A stretch of DNA of 64,000 bases from Acidobacteriota bacterium (GCA_965209055.1 OZ242374.1:1376001-1440000); one strand, 5' to 3'; positions 49,351 through 58,791 are shown, numbered from the stretch's first letter. The notes: generated from the sequence alone by a model not told the origin. Program-made: numbers and translations.

Positions 49351-51065
49351 TTCTTCCTGGTTTTCTTGGGGGAGGACTTACGCTTCGGGGCCAACTCAGG
49401 CTTCCATCTCTGCATCAAAACCTGGAACATCATAGCAAAGAGGTTGCTGAACAGAAAGTAAACCACCAGGCCGCTGGACAGGTTCAAGAAGAAGAATGTG
49501 AAGACCACCGGCAGCAACATCATCATGCGCCTCTGCATCGGATCTCCCGCCGCAGGCGTCATCTTCTGTTGCACAACCATGCTCGCCCCCATGACGACAG
49601 GGGTGATGTAGTAGGGGTCGTGCCGGGAAAGATCCTGGATCCAGCCCATAAAAGGCGCCGCCCGCAATTCGATGGAGGAATCCAGCATCCGGTAGAAGGC
49701 GAAGAGAAAGGGCATCTGGATCACGAGCGGCAGGCACCCGCCTAACGGATTCACACCATGCTTCTTGTACAACCCCATCATTTCCGCATTCATCTGCTGG
49801 CGCCTGGGGTCGGTGCGCTTCATCCGCTTGTACCGATCCTGGATGGAGCGGACCTTGGGTTGAAGCTCGGCCATCTTCTTCATGGACACGATCTGCTTGT
49901 AGCGCAGCGGGAAAAGAGCCAGATTGATGAGGAAGGTTAAAACGATGATGGCAATTCCGTAATTGCCCACATAGGCATAGGTCAGCTTCAGGCAATAGAG
50001 CAGGGGCCTCACCAGAAGGTCGAACCAGCCATAGTCGATGATGTCCCCCAATGAGGGGTCGGCGAGGACCAGCTCCTCTTGATCTTTGGGCCCCAGGAAC
50101 AACGAGTACCGTGCCGTGCCCCTGAATTCGGCTTCTCCCAATACGAGTGTGGTTTCATCGGCCTCGCTGCCGTCCAACCCAGCCAAAGGGACCGCCGAAA
50201 GACGCGCCGCGCGGATTTCTCCCGGCCCGACCACGACGCAGGTGAAGTATTTGCTGTCGACAGCCACCCATCGGGCAGCCGTCTCGATCCGGTGGGCTGC
50301 CTCGGCCAGGTCGGAAGCCTCGTACTTTTCCATCGACCCCGCTGCGTGGTAGGCAACGCCAGGCCACCAGAAATCGGTAGAAGCGCCTCCCTCCGGGTCC
50401 GCTTCGCCGATGCCCGGCCCCAGCAGGACCGAATAGGATGCCGGCCTTCCCCCGAGCTCGACCCGTGTCCGGACATCCAACGTGTGCCCTGATCCGGGGA
50501 TGCTGATCTCCTCTTCCACCAGAAGGCCCTGGCTCCGGTAGCTGAATGCAATCTGCGCCGGCGCCTGCACCCGGCCGGCCGCCGCACCCGCGACTTCGAA
50601 CGGGGAGGTGGCCAGTTCCAGATCCAGTTCTTCATCATCCAGACGCAGTTGCATGGGTCTGGGGAAGGTTTCGGAGAGTCCCTGCACCAACAGCTCGACA
50701 GGCTCGCCCGACTCATTCGAATACCGTTTGAGGTGCACGCTCTCCAGCCGGGCGCCGGTGCTGCTCCAGGTCAGCACCATGTCGTCATTCTCGACCTGAA
50801 TCTTGCGATCCTGCCCCCGGGTTGGACTCAAGGGCTCGCTGCTGGGGGGAGTTTCCCGGGAAACGCGCTCCGGAGGCGGTTCGGGCTCGGCCCGCTGCTC
50901 TTCAACCTCCTGCTCCTCAGGCGTTTCCACAACGGCCGGAGCCGGAGGCGGTTCAAACCGCTGGTAGAGGAAGGGAATCAGCAGCAGAACGGCCATGGAA
51001 AGAAGCATCGCCATAAGGAGGCGCTTCTCCATGTCCATCTGTTCCGGTCCTTGACCACCCTGCAT
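49347..51065 (-). CDS. yidC: Membrane protein insertase YidC
   Basis: IDYGWF, GNYGIAII, VNPLGGCLP, WIQDLS and DPYY. Start may lie 9-11 codons later. Confidence 0.95.
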   Translation of the reverse strand: MQGGQGPEQMDMEKRLLMAMLLSMAVLLLIPFLYQRFEPPPAPAVVETPEEQEVEEQRAEPEPPPERVSRETPPSSEPLSPTRGQDRKIQVENDDMVLTWSSTGARLESVHLKRYSNESGEPVELLVQGLSETFPRPMQLRLDDEELDLELATSPFEVAGAAAGRVQAPAQIAFSYRSQGLLVEEEISIPGSGHTLDVRTRVELGGRPASYSVLLGPGIGEADPEGGASTDFWWPGVAYHAAGSMEKYEASDLAEAAHRIETAARWVAVDSKYFTCVVVGPGEIRAARLSAVPLAGLDGSEADETTLVLGEAEFRGTARYSLFLGPKDQEELVLADPSLGDIIDYGWFDLLVRPLLYCLKLTYAYVGNYGIAIIVLTFLINLALFPLRYKQIVSMKKMAELQPKVRSIQDRYKRMKRTDPRRQQMNAEMMGLYKKHGVNPLGGCLPLVIQMPFLFAFYRMLDSSIELRAAPFMGWIQDLSRHDPYYITPVVMGASMVVQQKMTPAAGDPMQRRMMMLLPVVFTFFFLNLSSGLVVYFLFSNLFAMMFQVLMQRWKPELAPKRKSSPKKTRKK

Positions 51066-51108
51066 CGTCTAATACAATCCACGAATTGCGCCGCTCGCGG
51101 GCCGGCCT

Positions 51109-51318
51109 CTACGGAAGAGGGTCGAACCCTCCAGCGTGCCATGGGTGACAACAAGCCACTCGCCTGAGCCCGAGCAGCATCCCCTTGAGCACTCCCTTTT
51201 TCTGAATTGCCTGGCGCATGTACTCCGAACAGGTGGGGTGAAATCGACAGGACGGAGGCAAGAACGGAGAAACGAACTTCTGGTAGAGACGCAACCATCC
51301 GGTCAGGAACCGCCTCAC
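51109..51318 (-). CDS. yidD: Membrane protein insertion efficiency factor
   Basis: YQKFVSP, CRFHPTCSEY and CHPWHAGGFDP. Confidence 0.93.
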   Translation of the reverse strand: MRRFLTGWLRLYQKFVSPFLPPSCRFHPTCSEYMRQAIQKKGVLKGMLLGLRRVACCHPWHAGGFDPLP

Positions 51319-51674
51319 GCCCCCCGCCTCCTTCCGTTCCAGCGTGAAACCATTCGAAGAAACTCTCCTTGAAGTTCCTGGAACGTCGCCGCCGCGGCGC
51401 CACGCCGAACATTGACCACGACGTCGGAGCAGGGAAGAATCCCCCGCTTGTTCATGCGGAAGCTCTCCCGCAGGCGACGCCGGATGCGGTTTCTCACGAC
51501 CGGCGGACCCACCTTACGGGACGCGGCGATCCCCAGCCGGCTGCGCGTCCGCCCGTTCTCACGAAAGTAGAGGACGAAGTAGGGCGTGAAGACCCTGTAC
51601 CCGTTCCGGTAAACGGCTAGATATTCTTTCCGGGTGTGCAGGCGTTCTTCCCAGGAGAAACCAAACTGTTTCAC
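51315..51674 (-). CDS. rnpA: Ribonuclease P protein component
   Basis: [23 protein letters not shown] (RNR motif). Confidence 0.93.
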   Translation of the reverse strand: MKQFGFSWEERLHTRKEYLAVYRNGYRVFTPYFVLYFRENGRTRSRLGIAASRKVGPPVVRNRIRRRLRESFRMNKRGILPCSDVVVNVRRGAAAATFQELQGEFLRMVSRWNGRRRGA

Positions 51675-51811
51675 CCGCTCACCGAAAGCATCGTCCGCTT
51701 TTTGGCTCGTCGCCGCCTCAAAATTGCGCGGCCCGCAGGCGACGCCATGCGCGCCCGGAACCCATGATTCTTCTTGCGACGGCGATTGTTCGGTTGAAAG
51801 GTTCGCTTCAT
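51671..51811 (-). CDS. rpmH: 50S ribosomal protein L34
   Basis: [22 protein letters not shown]...RRRRAK. Confidence 0.96.
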   Translation of the reverse strand: MKRTFQPNNRRRKKNHGFRARMASPAGRAILRRRRAKKRTMLSVSG

Positions 51812-52196
51812 CTCGGTCTCCGCCCGCGTCGAAAGGAACCAGATGCTATGGGGATTATAGGAAACGGTTCGCACCGAGCCCTACAGTTCCGGGAGCACGC
51901 TTGCGGCAACCCGCTACGTTCCGCTCCCCCCGGGAAGATCCCCGCCCGGGCGATTGAAGATTCGTGGGAGCAATCGACACTGTGACGCCAAATCCATCGC
52001 CGCTCCCTCGGAACTGCAAAGTGTCAACTATCCGGGGGCATGATACCACGAAGCGGGGGAGGGGCGTTCACTGGGTTCGTCAACCGTCCCTGATACTCCC
52101 CAATCGCAACGCAGTCCGCACCTGTGCAGGGACGGTCAAATACCGTGACGACTTCTACGACGGGCTGACTATTCCTTATCCGCTCCGCGGGCGAGG

Positions 52197-53078
52197 CTAC
52201 ATGCCCTTCTTTTCATGCGTCGCATCCCTGGGGTAGCAGCCCAACACCGTCAGGACCTCCGTCAGTTCGCCGAGGTGCCCCAACGCGTTGCGCACCCGCG
52301 TCTCACCGGTGTTCCCGAGAAAGTCGAGGTAGAACAGGTACTCCCAGGGACGGCCATGAATGGGACGGGACTCGATCTTGGTCAGGTCGATGTCCCTCAG
52401 GGCGAAGACGCTCAGACACTTGAAGAGCGCCCCGGCGGCATTCTTGAAACTGAAGACGACGGAGGTCTTGTCCGCGGTTTCGGATACCGAGGATTTGATC
52501 GAGAGCAGAAAGAAACGGGTGAAGTTCTCCTCCCGGTCCTCGATCCGCTCCATCAGGACTTTCGCGCCGTAGAACCGTGCAGCGTTCCTGCCGGCGATGG
52601 CGGCATGGTCCCGGAGGCCTTCCTCTACGATCTCCTTGACGCTTCCGGACGTATCGTAGCCGGTTTCCCGCACCAGATGCGGATGGCGCTTGAAGAAAAG
52701 CTCGCACTGATCCAATGCCACCGGATGGGAGCGGACCGTCTTCACGTCCTCGAAGGCGCTCCCGGCCAACGTGATCAGGCTGTGTTGGACGGGCAGATTC
52801 GTCTCCTGGCGAATCCTCAATCCGTGACGGACCAGCAGATCGTAGTTCCGGTGAATCGACCCGGCCAGGGAATTCTCTATGGGAATGACGCAACATCCGC
52901 ATTCTCCCCGGGCCGTACGCAGGAAGACTTCGTCGAAAGTCCGGCAGCAGAGAAACTCCACGGGCCCCGGGACCATCTGCATGGCCGCCTCCTCGCTGAA
53001 CGATCCACGTTCTCCCTGAATGGCGACTCGGGTCGCATTTCGCTTGTCGTGCAGATCCGCGTCCAAAAAAACCTCCAT
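52197..53078 (-). CDS. pheA: Prephenate dehydratase with ACT domain
   Basis: QGERGSFSE, PIENS, SHPVAL, NFTRF and LTKIESRP. No chorismate mutase domain. Confidence 0.93.
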   Translation of the reverse strand: MEVFLDADLHDKRNATRVAIQGERGSFSEEAAMQMVPGPVEFLCCRTFDEVFLRTARGECGCCVIPIENSLAGSIHRNYDLLVRHGLRIRQETNLPVQHSLITLAGSAFEDVKTVRSHPVALDQCELFFKRHPHLVRETGYDTSGSVKEIVEEGLRDHAAIAGRNAARFYGAKVLMERIEDREENFTRFFLLSIKSSVSETADKTSVVFSFKNAAGALFKCLSVFALRDIDLTKIESRPIHGRPWEYLFYLDFLGNTGETRVRNALGHLGELTEVLTVLGCYPRDATHEKKGM

Positions 53079-53116
53079 TTCCGCTTTCGTCCGACCTCCG
53101 GCCCAGCGCCGTCCGG

Positions 53117-53212
53117 CGGAGGCACATGGGAATCGAACCCACCGGCCCCGGCTCCCGCCGCGGCCCGACTGATTTTGAAGACCAGGCCCGTCACCAGACG
53201 AGAAGTGCCTCC
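53117..53212 (-). tRNA. selC: tRNA-Sec (anticodon TCA)
   Basis: 96 nt with an 8-bp acceptor stem GGAGGCAC/GTGCCTCC, anticodon loop CTTCAAA, a very long variable arm, a GTTCGATTC T-loop and a G discriminator. Confidence 0.93.
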
Positions 53213-53268
53213 GTGCCGGTATTTTAGCTCTTTTCCGGCTGGACGGCGGCTGCTACCATCACGCTGGA

Positions 53269-54435
53269 ATGGCCAAGACGCGGGAACGGCGGCTCCCGGA
53301 GTCCGTGCAATCGCTTTGCCGCGCCGCCGCGCGCCTGCGCGACCGGGTCAAGGGCCGGACCATCAGCTTTTCGCCCAAAGTCTTCATCCCCCTGACCCGC
53401 CTCTGCCGCGACCGCTGCGGCTACTGCGCCTTCCGGAAGGATGCCAATGACGAGTTCCCACCCTACTTGACCCCGGACCAGGTTCTCACCGTCGTTCGCC
53501 GGGGGGAGGAACTGGGCTGCCGCGAGGCCCTTTTCGTTTTGGGCGACCGTCCGGAGCGCCGCTACCCGGAAGCGCGCCGCTGGCTTCGCCGGCACGGCTA
53601 CGACAGCACGATCGAGTATCTCTACGACATGTGCTCGCTGGTTTTGGCGGAGAGCCGCCTCTTCCCCCACAGCAATCCCGGCATTCTCACCCGGGGCGAG
53701 CTGGCGGCCCTGAAACAGGTCAACGTGTCCATGGGACTGATGCTGGAAAGCACGAGCCGCCGACTCTGCGAACCGGGAGGCCCGCATCATCGGAATCCAA
53801 CCAAGGACCCCCGGTTGCGACTTCGAGTGCTTCGGGACGCCGGCGAACTGAAGATCCCCTTCACCACCGGACTGCTGGTTGGAATCGGGGAAACCGCCCA
53901 GGACCGGGTGGATTCCCTTCACCAGCTCCGGCGCCTTCAGAGCCGGTACGGCCACCTGCAGGAATTCATCATCCAGAACTTCGTCCCCAAGCCGGGAACT
54001 CCCATGGCGGCAACGCCGGGTGCAACCGGCCGGGAGATGATGGAAACGCTCTCACGCGCCCGTCTGATTCTGGGCGGCTCAGCCAACCTGCAGGCGCCTC
54101 CCAATCTCTCGGCCAGCAGCCTTCGTTATCTGAATTACCTCGACGCCGGAATCAACGATTGGGGCGGCATTTCTCCGCTGACCATCGACTTCGTGAATCC
54201 CGAGGCCCCCTGGCCCCAAATCGCCGCCCTGGCCAGTCAAACCGAATCGCGCGGCTTCCGGCTCAAGGCCCGCTTTCCCGTCTATCCTGAATACATTCGG
54301 GAGCCTTCTTCATTCCTGCCGTCGGCTCTCCGCTCCCGGCTGCGGGCCGAGGCGGACCCGGACGGGTACTTCCCGGCCGCCTCCCTCCGGGCGCAGACCC
54401 CGGTTTCAGCCGTGGAGGCCGCCGGTGCCGGTTGA
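53269..54435 (+). CDS. cofG: FO synthase subunit CofG (radical SAM)
   Basis: SPKVFIPLTRLCRDRCGYC, PHSNPG, SMGLMLES, FTTGLLVGIGE, QAPPNL and DWGGISPLTIDFVNPE. Confidence 0.93.
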   Translation: MAKTRERRLPESVQSLCRAAARLRDRVKGRTISFSPKVFIPLTRLCRDRCGYCAFRKDANDEFPPYLTPDQVLTVVRRGEELGCREALFVLGDRPERRYPEARRWLRRHGYDSTIEYLYDMCSLVLAESRLFPHSNPGILTRGELAALKQVNVSMGLMLESTSRRLCEPGGPHHRNPTKDPRLRLRVLRDAGELKIPFTTGLLVGIGETAQDRVDSLHQLRRLQSRYGHLQEFIIQNFVPKPGTPMAATPGATGREMMETLSRARLILGGSANLQAPPNLSASSLRYLNYLDAGINDWGGISPLTIDFVNPEAPWPQIAALASQTESRGFRLKARFPVYPEYIREPSSFLPSALRSRLRAEADPDGYFPAASLRAQTPVSAVEAAGAG

Positions 54436-55729
54436 TCCGGAGCGGACGCTGAGCGGCGTTCGAGTCGACGTCGCCCGGATTCTGGGCAATTCGCTGGAGG
54501 GCCGCGACCTGGCGGTTCCCGACCTGGTCCGGCTGTTGGAGTGCCGGGGACCCGAGTTTCTCGCCCTCCTCCAAGCCGCCGACTCTCTGAGGCGCCGTTC
54601 CGTCGGCGACCGGGTGACCTACGTGGTCAACCGCAACATCAATTTCACCAATGTCTGCGCCAAGAAATGCAGTTTTTGCGCCTTCAGCCGAACCTACCGC
54701 AGCGACGAAGGCTATCTGCTGCCCGTGTCCGAAATTGTCCGGCGGGCCCGCGAGGCGCGCAAATTCGGCGCTACGGAGGTCTGCATCCAGGCCGGACTGC
54801 CTCCCGCCATGCCGGGTGACCTCTACATCCGCATCTGCCAGGCCGTGACCGACGCCCTGCCGGGCCTGCACGTCCACGCATTTTCGCCGGAGGAGATCTC
54901 GTACGGGTGCCAGCGCTCCGGGATGCCGGTCCGGGACTACCTGGTGGAACTCCGCGATGCGGGGATCGGCAGCCTCCCCGGCACATCCGCCGAAATCCTG
55001 GACGACGACCTGCGCGACCTCATCTCGCCCGGGCGCATCAGCAGTGAAGAATGGACCCGGGTCATTTCGACGGCCCACTCCCTCGGCATCCGGACCTCCT
55101 CCACCATGATGTTCGGCCACCTTGAAACCCCGGTCCACATTGCGCGGCACCTGGCGCACCTGAGAACCATCCAACGCCAGACCGGCGGTTTCACCGAGTT
55201 CGTACCCTTGGGCTTCGTCCACACGGAGGCGCCCCTCTACCAGAGCAGGCGGCTGCCCAATCTCCGGCCCGGTCCCACGGGCTGGGAGGTTCTGAAGGTC
55301 CACGCCGTCGCCCGGATGGCGCTGGACAAGGACATTCCCAACCTCCAGGTTTCCTGGGTCAAGGAAGGGATGAAGCTGGCGCAACTCTGCTTGGCGGCCG
55401 GCGGCAACGACCTGGGGGGGACGCTGATCAACGAGAGCATATCCACCGCCGCCGGGGCCGGCCATGGCCAACTGGTGACCCCTGAAGAGCTGCATCGCGT
55501 GATTCGCGACGCGGGCAGAGTCCCGGCGGAACGGAACACGCTCTACGGGACTCTGCGCACCTTCACCGGCGACGATGAAGACGGGCCTCATCCTCTGGAC
55601 TCCCTGCGGGACGGCGACCGGAACCGCTTCGGCTCCTATGCCCGGTTGACCCGGTCGCGGAAGTTTCGCTTCAGCCGCGGCGCCGCCCCGGGCGGGCGGA
55701 CGCGTGGGACTTTCACCGCGGAGAACTAG
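54425..55729 (+). CDS. cofH: FO synthase subunit CofH (radical SAM)
   Basis: VTYVVNRNINFTNVC-x3-C-x2-C, PGTSAEILDD, QVSWVK and DLGGTLINESIS. Adjacent to cofG. Confidence 0.92.
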   Translation: MPVDPERTLSGVRVDVARILGNSLEGRDLAVPDLVRLLECRGPEFLALLQAADSLRRRSVGDRVTYVVNRNINFTNVCAKKCSFCAFSRTYRSDEGYLLPVSEIVRRAREARKFGATEVCIQAGLPPAMPGDLYIRICQAVTDALPGLHVHAFSPEEISYGCQRSGMPVRDYLVELRDAGIGSLPGTSAEILDDDLRDLISPGRISSEEWTRVISTAHSLGIRTSSTMMFGHLETPVHIARHLAHLRTIQRQTGGFTEFVPLGFVHTEAPLYQSRRLPNLRPGPTGWEVLKVHAVARMALDKDIPNLQVSWVKEGMKLAQLCLAAGGNDLGGTLINESISTAAGAGHGQLVTPEELHRVIRDAGRVPAERNTLYGTLRTFTGDDEDGPHPLDSLRDGDRNRFGSYARLTRSRKFRFSRGAAPGGRTRGTFTAEN

Positions 55730-56481
55730 CGAAACAGGTCCCGTTCCGCGGGACGCACCAGGCTCGATCCGCCGCCTGGCCCGTCTTCCAAGCTCACTCC
55801 CCGGACCAGCGCCGCCGGCACCCGGCGCCGTTTTCCCATCACCAGCTCCGCAGCGGAGGCGATTTCGTCGGCGCGGGCGATGCAGGTGGCCTCCAACGTT
55901 CGGCCGAACCCGTCTTTCCTTCCCCGATAGTCCGACAACGGCATTCCCCCCGCCATGCCGATGGCCACGTTCACCTGTCCCTCGCGCCAGGGCCGGCCGA
56001 AAGTGTCGGCAATGATCACCGCCAAGTCAGAACCCGTCGCCTCGATCAGGCAATCCCTGACGGCGGCCGCGGAGCGGTCGGGATCCTCCGGGAGCAGGGT
56101 GGCCGTTCCCTGCGGACTGTTGGAGAGATCGACACCGGCATTGGCGCACACCAACCCGTGCCTGGTTTCAGCCAGCAGGACGCCGCGATCCATCCTCACG
56201 ATCCTCCGGCTCTCGGTGAGGGCCAATTCGACCACCCTGGGATCACGGCCCCATTCACGCGCCCAGGAGTCGGCCAACGGAGACGGGGTGACCGCCGCCA
56301 GAGGCACCGTCCGCCCTTCCGCCTTGGAAACGATCTTGTGAGCCAGCACCAGAATATCCCCTGAGCGGACCCGCAATGGAATCCCCCTCAGCGCCTCCAG
56401 CAGGAGTGGACCCAGAGCGTCCCCCCGTTTCACCTCCGGGAGCCCGGGGATGGCCAGGATGCGCACGCCGCCGTCACCCAT
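55726..56481 (-). CDS. cofE: Coenzyme F420-0:L-glutamate ligase (short form, no nitroreductase domain)
   Basis: GLPEV..GD, KIVSKAEGR, ANAGVDLSN, LLPEDPD, DTFGRPWREG, ADEIASAAELV and C-terminal DLFR. 251 aa. Confidence 0.93.
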   Translation of the reverse strand: MGDGGVRILAIPGLPEVKRGDALGPLLLEALRGIPLRVRSGDILVLAHKIVSKAEGRTVPLAAVTPSPLADSWAREWGRDPRVVELALTESRRIVRMDRGVLLAETRHGLVCANAGVDLSNSPQGTATLLPEDPDRSAAAVRDCLIEATGSDLAVIIADTFGRPWREGQVNVAIGMAGGMPLSDYRGRKDGFGRTLEATCIARADEIASAAELVMGKRRRVPAALVRGVSLEDGPGGGSSLVRPAERDLFR

Positions 56482-57148
56482 GTAGGCTCCACCCCTTCCC
56501 GGCCAGGCGGGCGGCGAGGCCGCTCTCGGCGAGATAGCCCCTGGTCGCCGCTCCCCCCTTTCCCTGCCAGAACCGCACCAGGTCTTCGGGGCCGTCCAGA
56601 TCCAGGCCGAACCGCGGGTTCGACAACACGGTGGCGTCAACCCGGGCGCGGCGCGCCTCTGCCAGATGCCGGCGCAGGCTGTCACGGCCGAAGCGGGACG
56701 GAAATGCATCCGGAGGCATTCTCAGCAAGGCATTGGTGCCCCGGCCGTCCCGTGAGGGCACCAGGAGCGCCGCCGGAGCGGCCAACGGACGCCCCAGCAA
56801 AGTGTCCACGTCACGCCCCTCGATGAGAGGGACGTCAACCGGCACCCTGAGAACGGTGGTTGCTCCCTGTTGGCACAGCGCGACTGTACTCTCGTCCACG
56901 GAGCGGCTCTCGGAGGTTTGGGTCCGCTCCCGAATGAACTCCCAACTGCGGCGGTCAGCGTAGGCCGCAAGCTCAGGGTCCCGGCCGGCCACCACCACCT
57001 TGTCCGGCAATCTCGCGCTCGCCAGCGCCCTGCCCACATCCTCCAACATGGCCCGGACCAGACCAGCCCTTTCCCGGCGGGACAGCCAGGGAGCCATTCT
57101 CCGTTTGGCTTGCGCCAGTTCCTTGACCGGCAACAGAACGACGTTCAT
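56474..57148 (-). CDS. cofC: 2-phospho-L-lactate/PEP guanylyltransferase
   Basis: PVK...AKRRM, AMLEDV, DVPL, GTNAL, RFGRDS...H and DLDGPEDL. Confidence 0.9.
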   Translation of the reverse strand: MNVVLLPVKELAQAKRRMAPWLSRRERAGLVRAMLEDVGRALASARLPDKVVVAGRDPELAAYADRRSWEFIRERTQTSESRSVDESTVALCQQGATTVLRVPVDVPLIEGRDVDTLLGRPLAAPAALLVPSRDGRGTNALLRMPPDAFPSRFGRDSLRRHLAEARRARVDATVLSNPRFGLDLDGPEDLVRFWQGKGGAATRGYLAESGLAARLAGKGWSLHG

Positions 57149-58125
57149 ACCAACCGCAAGAGCGCGCGTGCCAGCGCCCGTTTCGCGCTGGGGGTGTCCA
57201 TGATCGTATTTCGGACCACGACCCGCATGCCCAGACGTTCGATGGCCGGCGCGCTTCCGGCATCGCGTTCGTCCAACACGAAGACATCCAAGAGACCCCG
57301 GTAGATCCGGGCAACCCCTTCGGCCGAGACCGGATGCCCCAATTCCTCGAGCATTTTCGCCGCCGGTCCCTTGAGGGCCCGCCCGCCGACGATGGGACTG
57401 ACCGCCGCCACCAAGGCAGGACTCGACGCCACCGCCTGCCTGATACCGGGGACCGCCAGAATCGGTCCCACGCTGATGAAGGGATTGCTGGGACAGATGA
57501 CGATGATCCGGGCGTTTCGTATGGCCTTCTCCACTCCCGGGGCGGGGCGTTGTGAATCCAGACCCGTGTACTCGAATCCCCGGACCCGGGGACCGCACTT
57601 CTCCCTGACCAGGTATTCCTGGAGATGAAGGCGGCCGGCATCGGTCTCCACGAGAGTCGGCGTGTAGCCTTCGGCCATGGGCAGGACCGAGACCTCCACC
57701 CCAAGCGCTTCGCAGATATGTGCGGTCACGGCCGCCAGGCCCCAGCCCTGGTTCAACAGGGAGGTTCGCCAGAGATGGGTTGCCAGATCCTGGTCTCCCA
57801 AGCCGAACCAGGTGTCCGCACCCAAGCGGCCCAGGGCATTCAGGCAGCGGAACGTGTCTCCCTCGATGCCCCAGCCCCAGGTCCGGTTGGACAGCCCCGC
57901 CAGGGTGTAGGTGATGGTGTCGAGATCCGGGCAGATCCGCAGCCCGAAGGCCTCCAGGTCATCCCCGGTATTGACCACGACGGACAGGCGGCGTCCGAGC
58001 CCCTCCAGCGCCAAACCCCAGACCAGCTTTGCGGCACCGACGCCTCCGGCCAACGCCACCACGGGAACGGCGTCCGGCCTCGAAAACTCATCGCCGATCT
58101 CGACACGGGGAGGGGCTGGCGCCAC
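57145..58125 (-). CDS. cofD: 2-phospho-L-lactate transferase
   Basis: LAGGVGAAK, NTGDD, ICPDLDT, WFGLGDQDLATH, PSNPFISVGPIL and KGPA. Confidence 0.94.
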   Translation of the reverse strand: MAPAPPRVEIGDEFSRPDAVPVVALAGGVGAAKLVWGLALEGLGRRLSVVVNTGDDLEAFGLRICPDLDTITYTLAGLSNRTWGWGIEGDTFRCLNALGRLGADTWFGLGDQDLATHLWRTSLLNQGWGLAAVTAHICEALGVEVSVLPMAEGYTPTLVETDAGRLHLQEYLVREKCGPRVRGFEYTGLDSQRPAPGVEKAIRNARIIVICPSNPFISVGPILAVPGIRQAVASSPALVAAVSPIVGGRALKGPAAKMLEELGHPVSAEGVARIYRGLLDVFVLDERDAGSAPAIERLGMRVVVRNTIMDTPSAKRALARALLRLV

Positions 58126-58131
58126 GGATCT

Positions 58132-58791
58132 TCAAAGCCCCACGACGCGGAAACGCGACCCGTGAACCCGGTATCGGCGATTGATGCCGATCAGAAGGGC
58201 GCTCATTCTCTCCAGCGTCCGCGCCACTTCGAGCGGACCGGCGTCCACCGTTCGGACTCCGGGCCATGGGCTCAGCAATTCCGCCACTTCGCACTTCCGG
58301 CGCACCGAGTTCCCGCAGACGAAGACATCGCAGTCGAGAGGAGCCGCGACCTCGCCCAGGAGGCGGGCCGGAACCGTCTTCAGCGCCGCCACCAGAGCGT
58401 CCGGATCAGGAAGAGCCGCGGCCAGTTGCTCGCTGCCGGAGGGGGCCTCCAGGGAGGCCAATCGAACCCGACCGGAGTCGAACGACACCGGCACCGTGAC
58501 ATCGACCCAGGTGGCTTCCGGCGCAGCGTGCGGTGAGCAACGGGACACGAGATCGGCGGCCGCCGCGAAAGGAGACGCCACAAAGAGAACTGCGGATCGC
58601 GCCGCCACCTCCTGGTTCAGGGCGCCCCGAATCCGGGCTCCACCCCCCAGCAGACGATTCAACTCCGACGCCGTCCCGGCCGCCCGGCTCCGCCTCCGGG
58701 ATCCGACCAGGACCTCGCACCCCGCCTTCGCAAGACGCAGTGCAATACCTCGGCCTTCCTGTCCGGTGCCGGCGAGCACACCAAGCTTCAC
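58132..58791 (-). CDS. npdG: NADPH-dependent F420 reductase (F420H2:NADP+ oxidoreductase)
   Basis: GTGQEGRGIALRLA, VGSR, N..VA, SGSEQLA, DAGPL...LE and INRRY. First gene of npdG-cofD-cofC-cofE. Confidence 0.85.
   Translation of the reverse strand: MKLGVLAGTGQEGRGIALRLAKAGCEVLVGSRRRSRAAGTASELNRLLGGGARIRGALNQEVAARSAVLFVASPFAAAADLVSRCSPHAAPEATWVDVTVPVSFDSGRVRLASLEAPSGSEQLAAALPDPDALVAALKTVPARLLGEVAAPLDCDVFVCGNSVRRKCEVAELLSPWPGVRTVDAGPLEVARTLERMSALLIGINRRYRVHGSRFRVVGL

Noticed and set aside
53269-55729. MqnC/MqnE menaquinone radical SAM enzymes instead of CofG/CofH
   Set aside because: CofG-specific motifs and adjacency to cofC/D/E support FO synthase.
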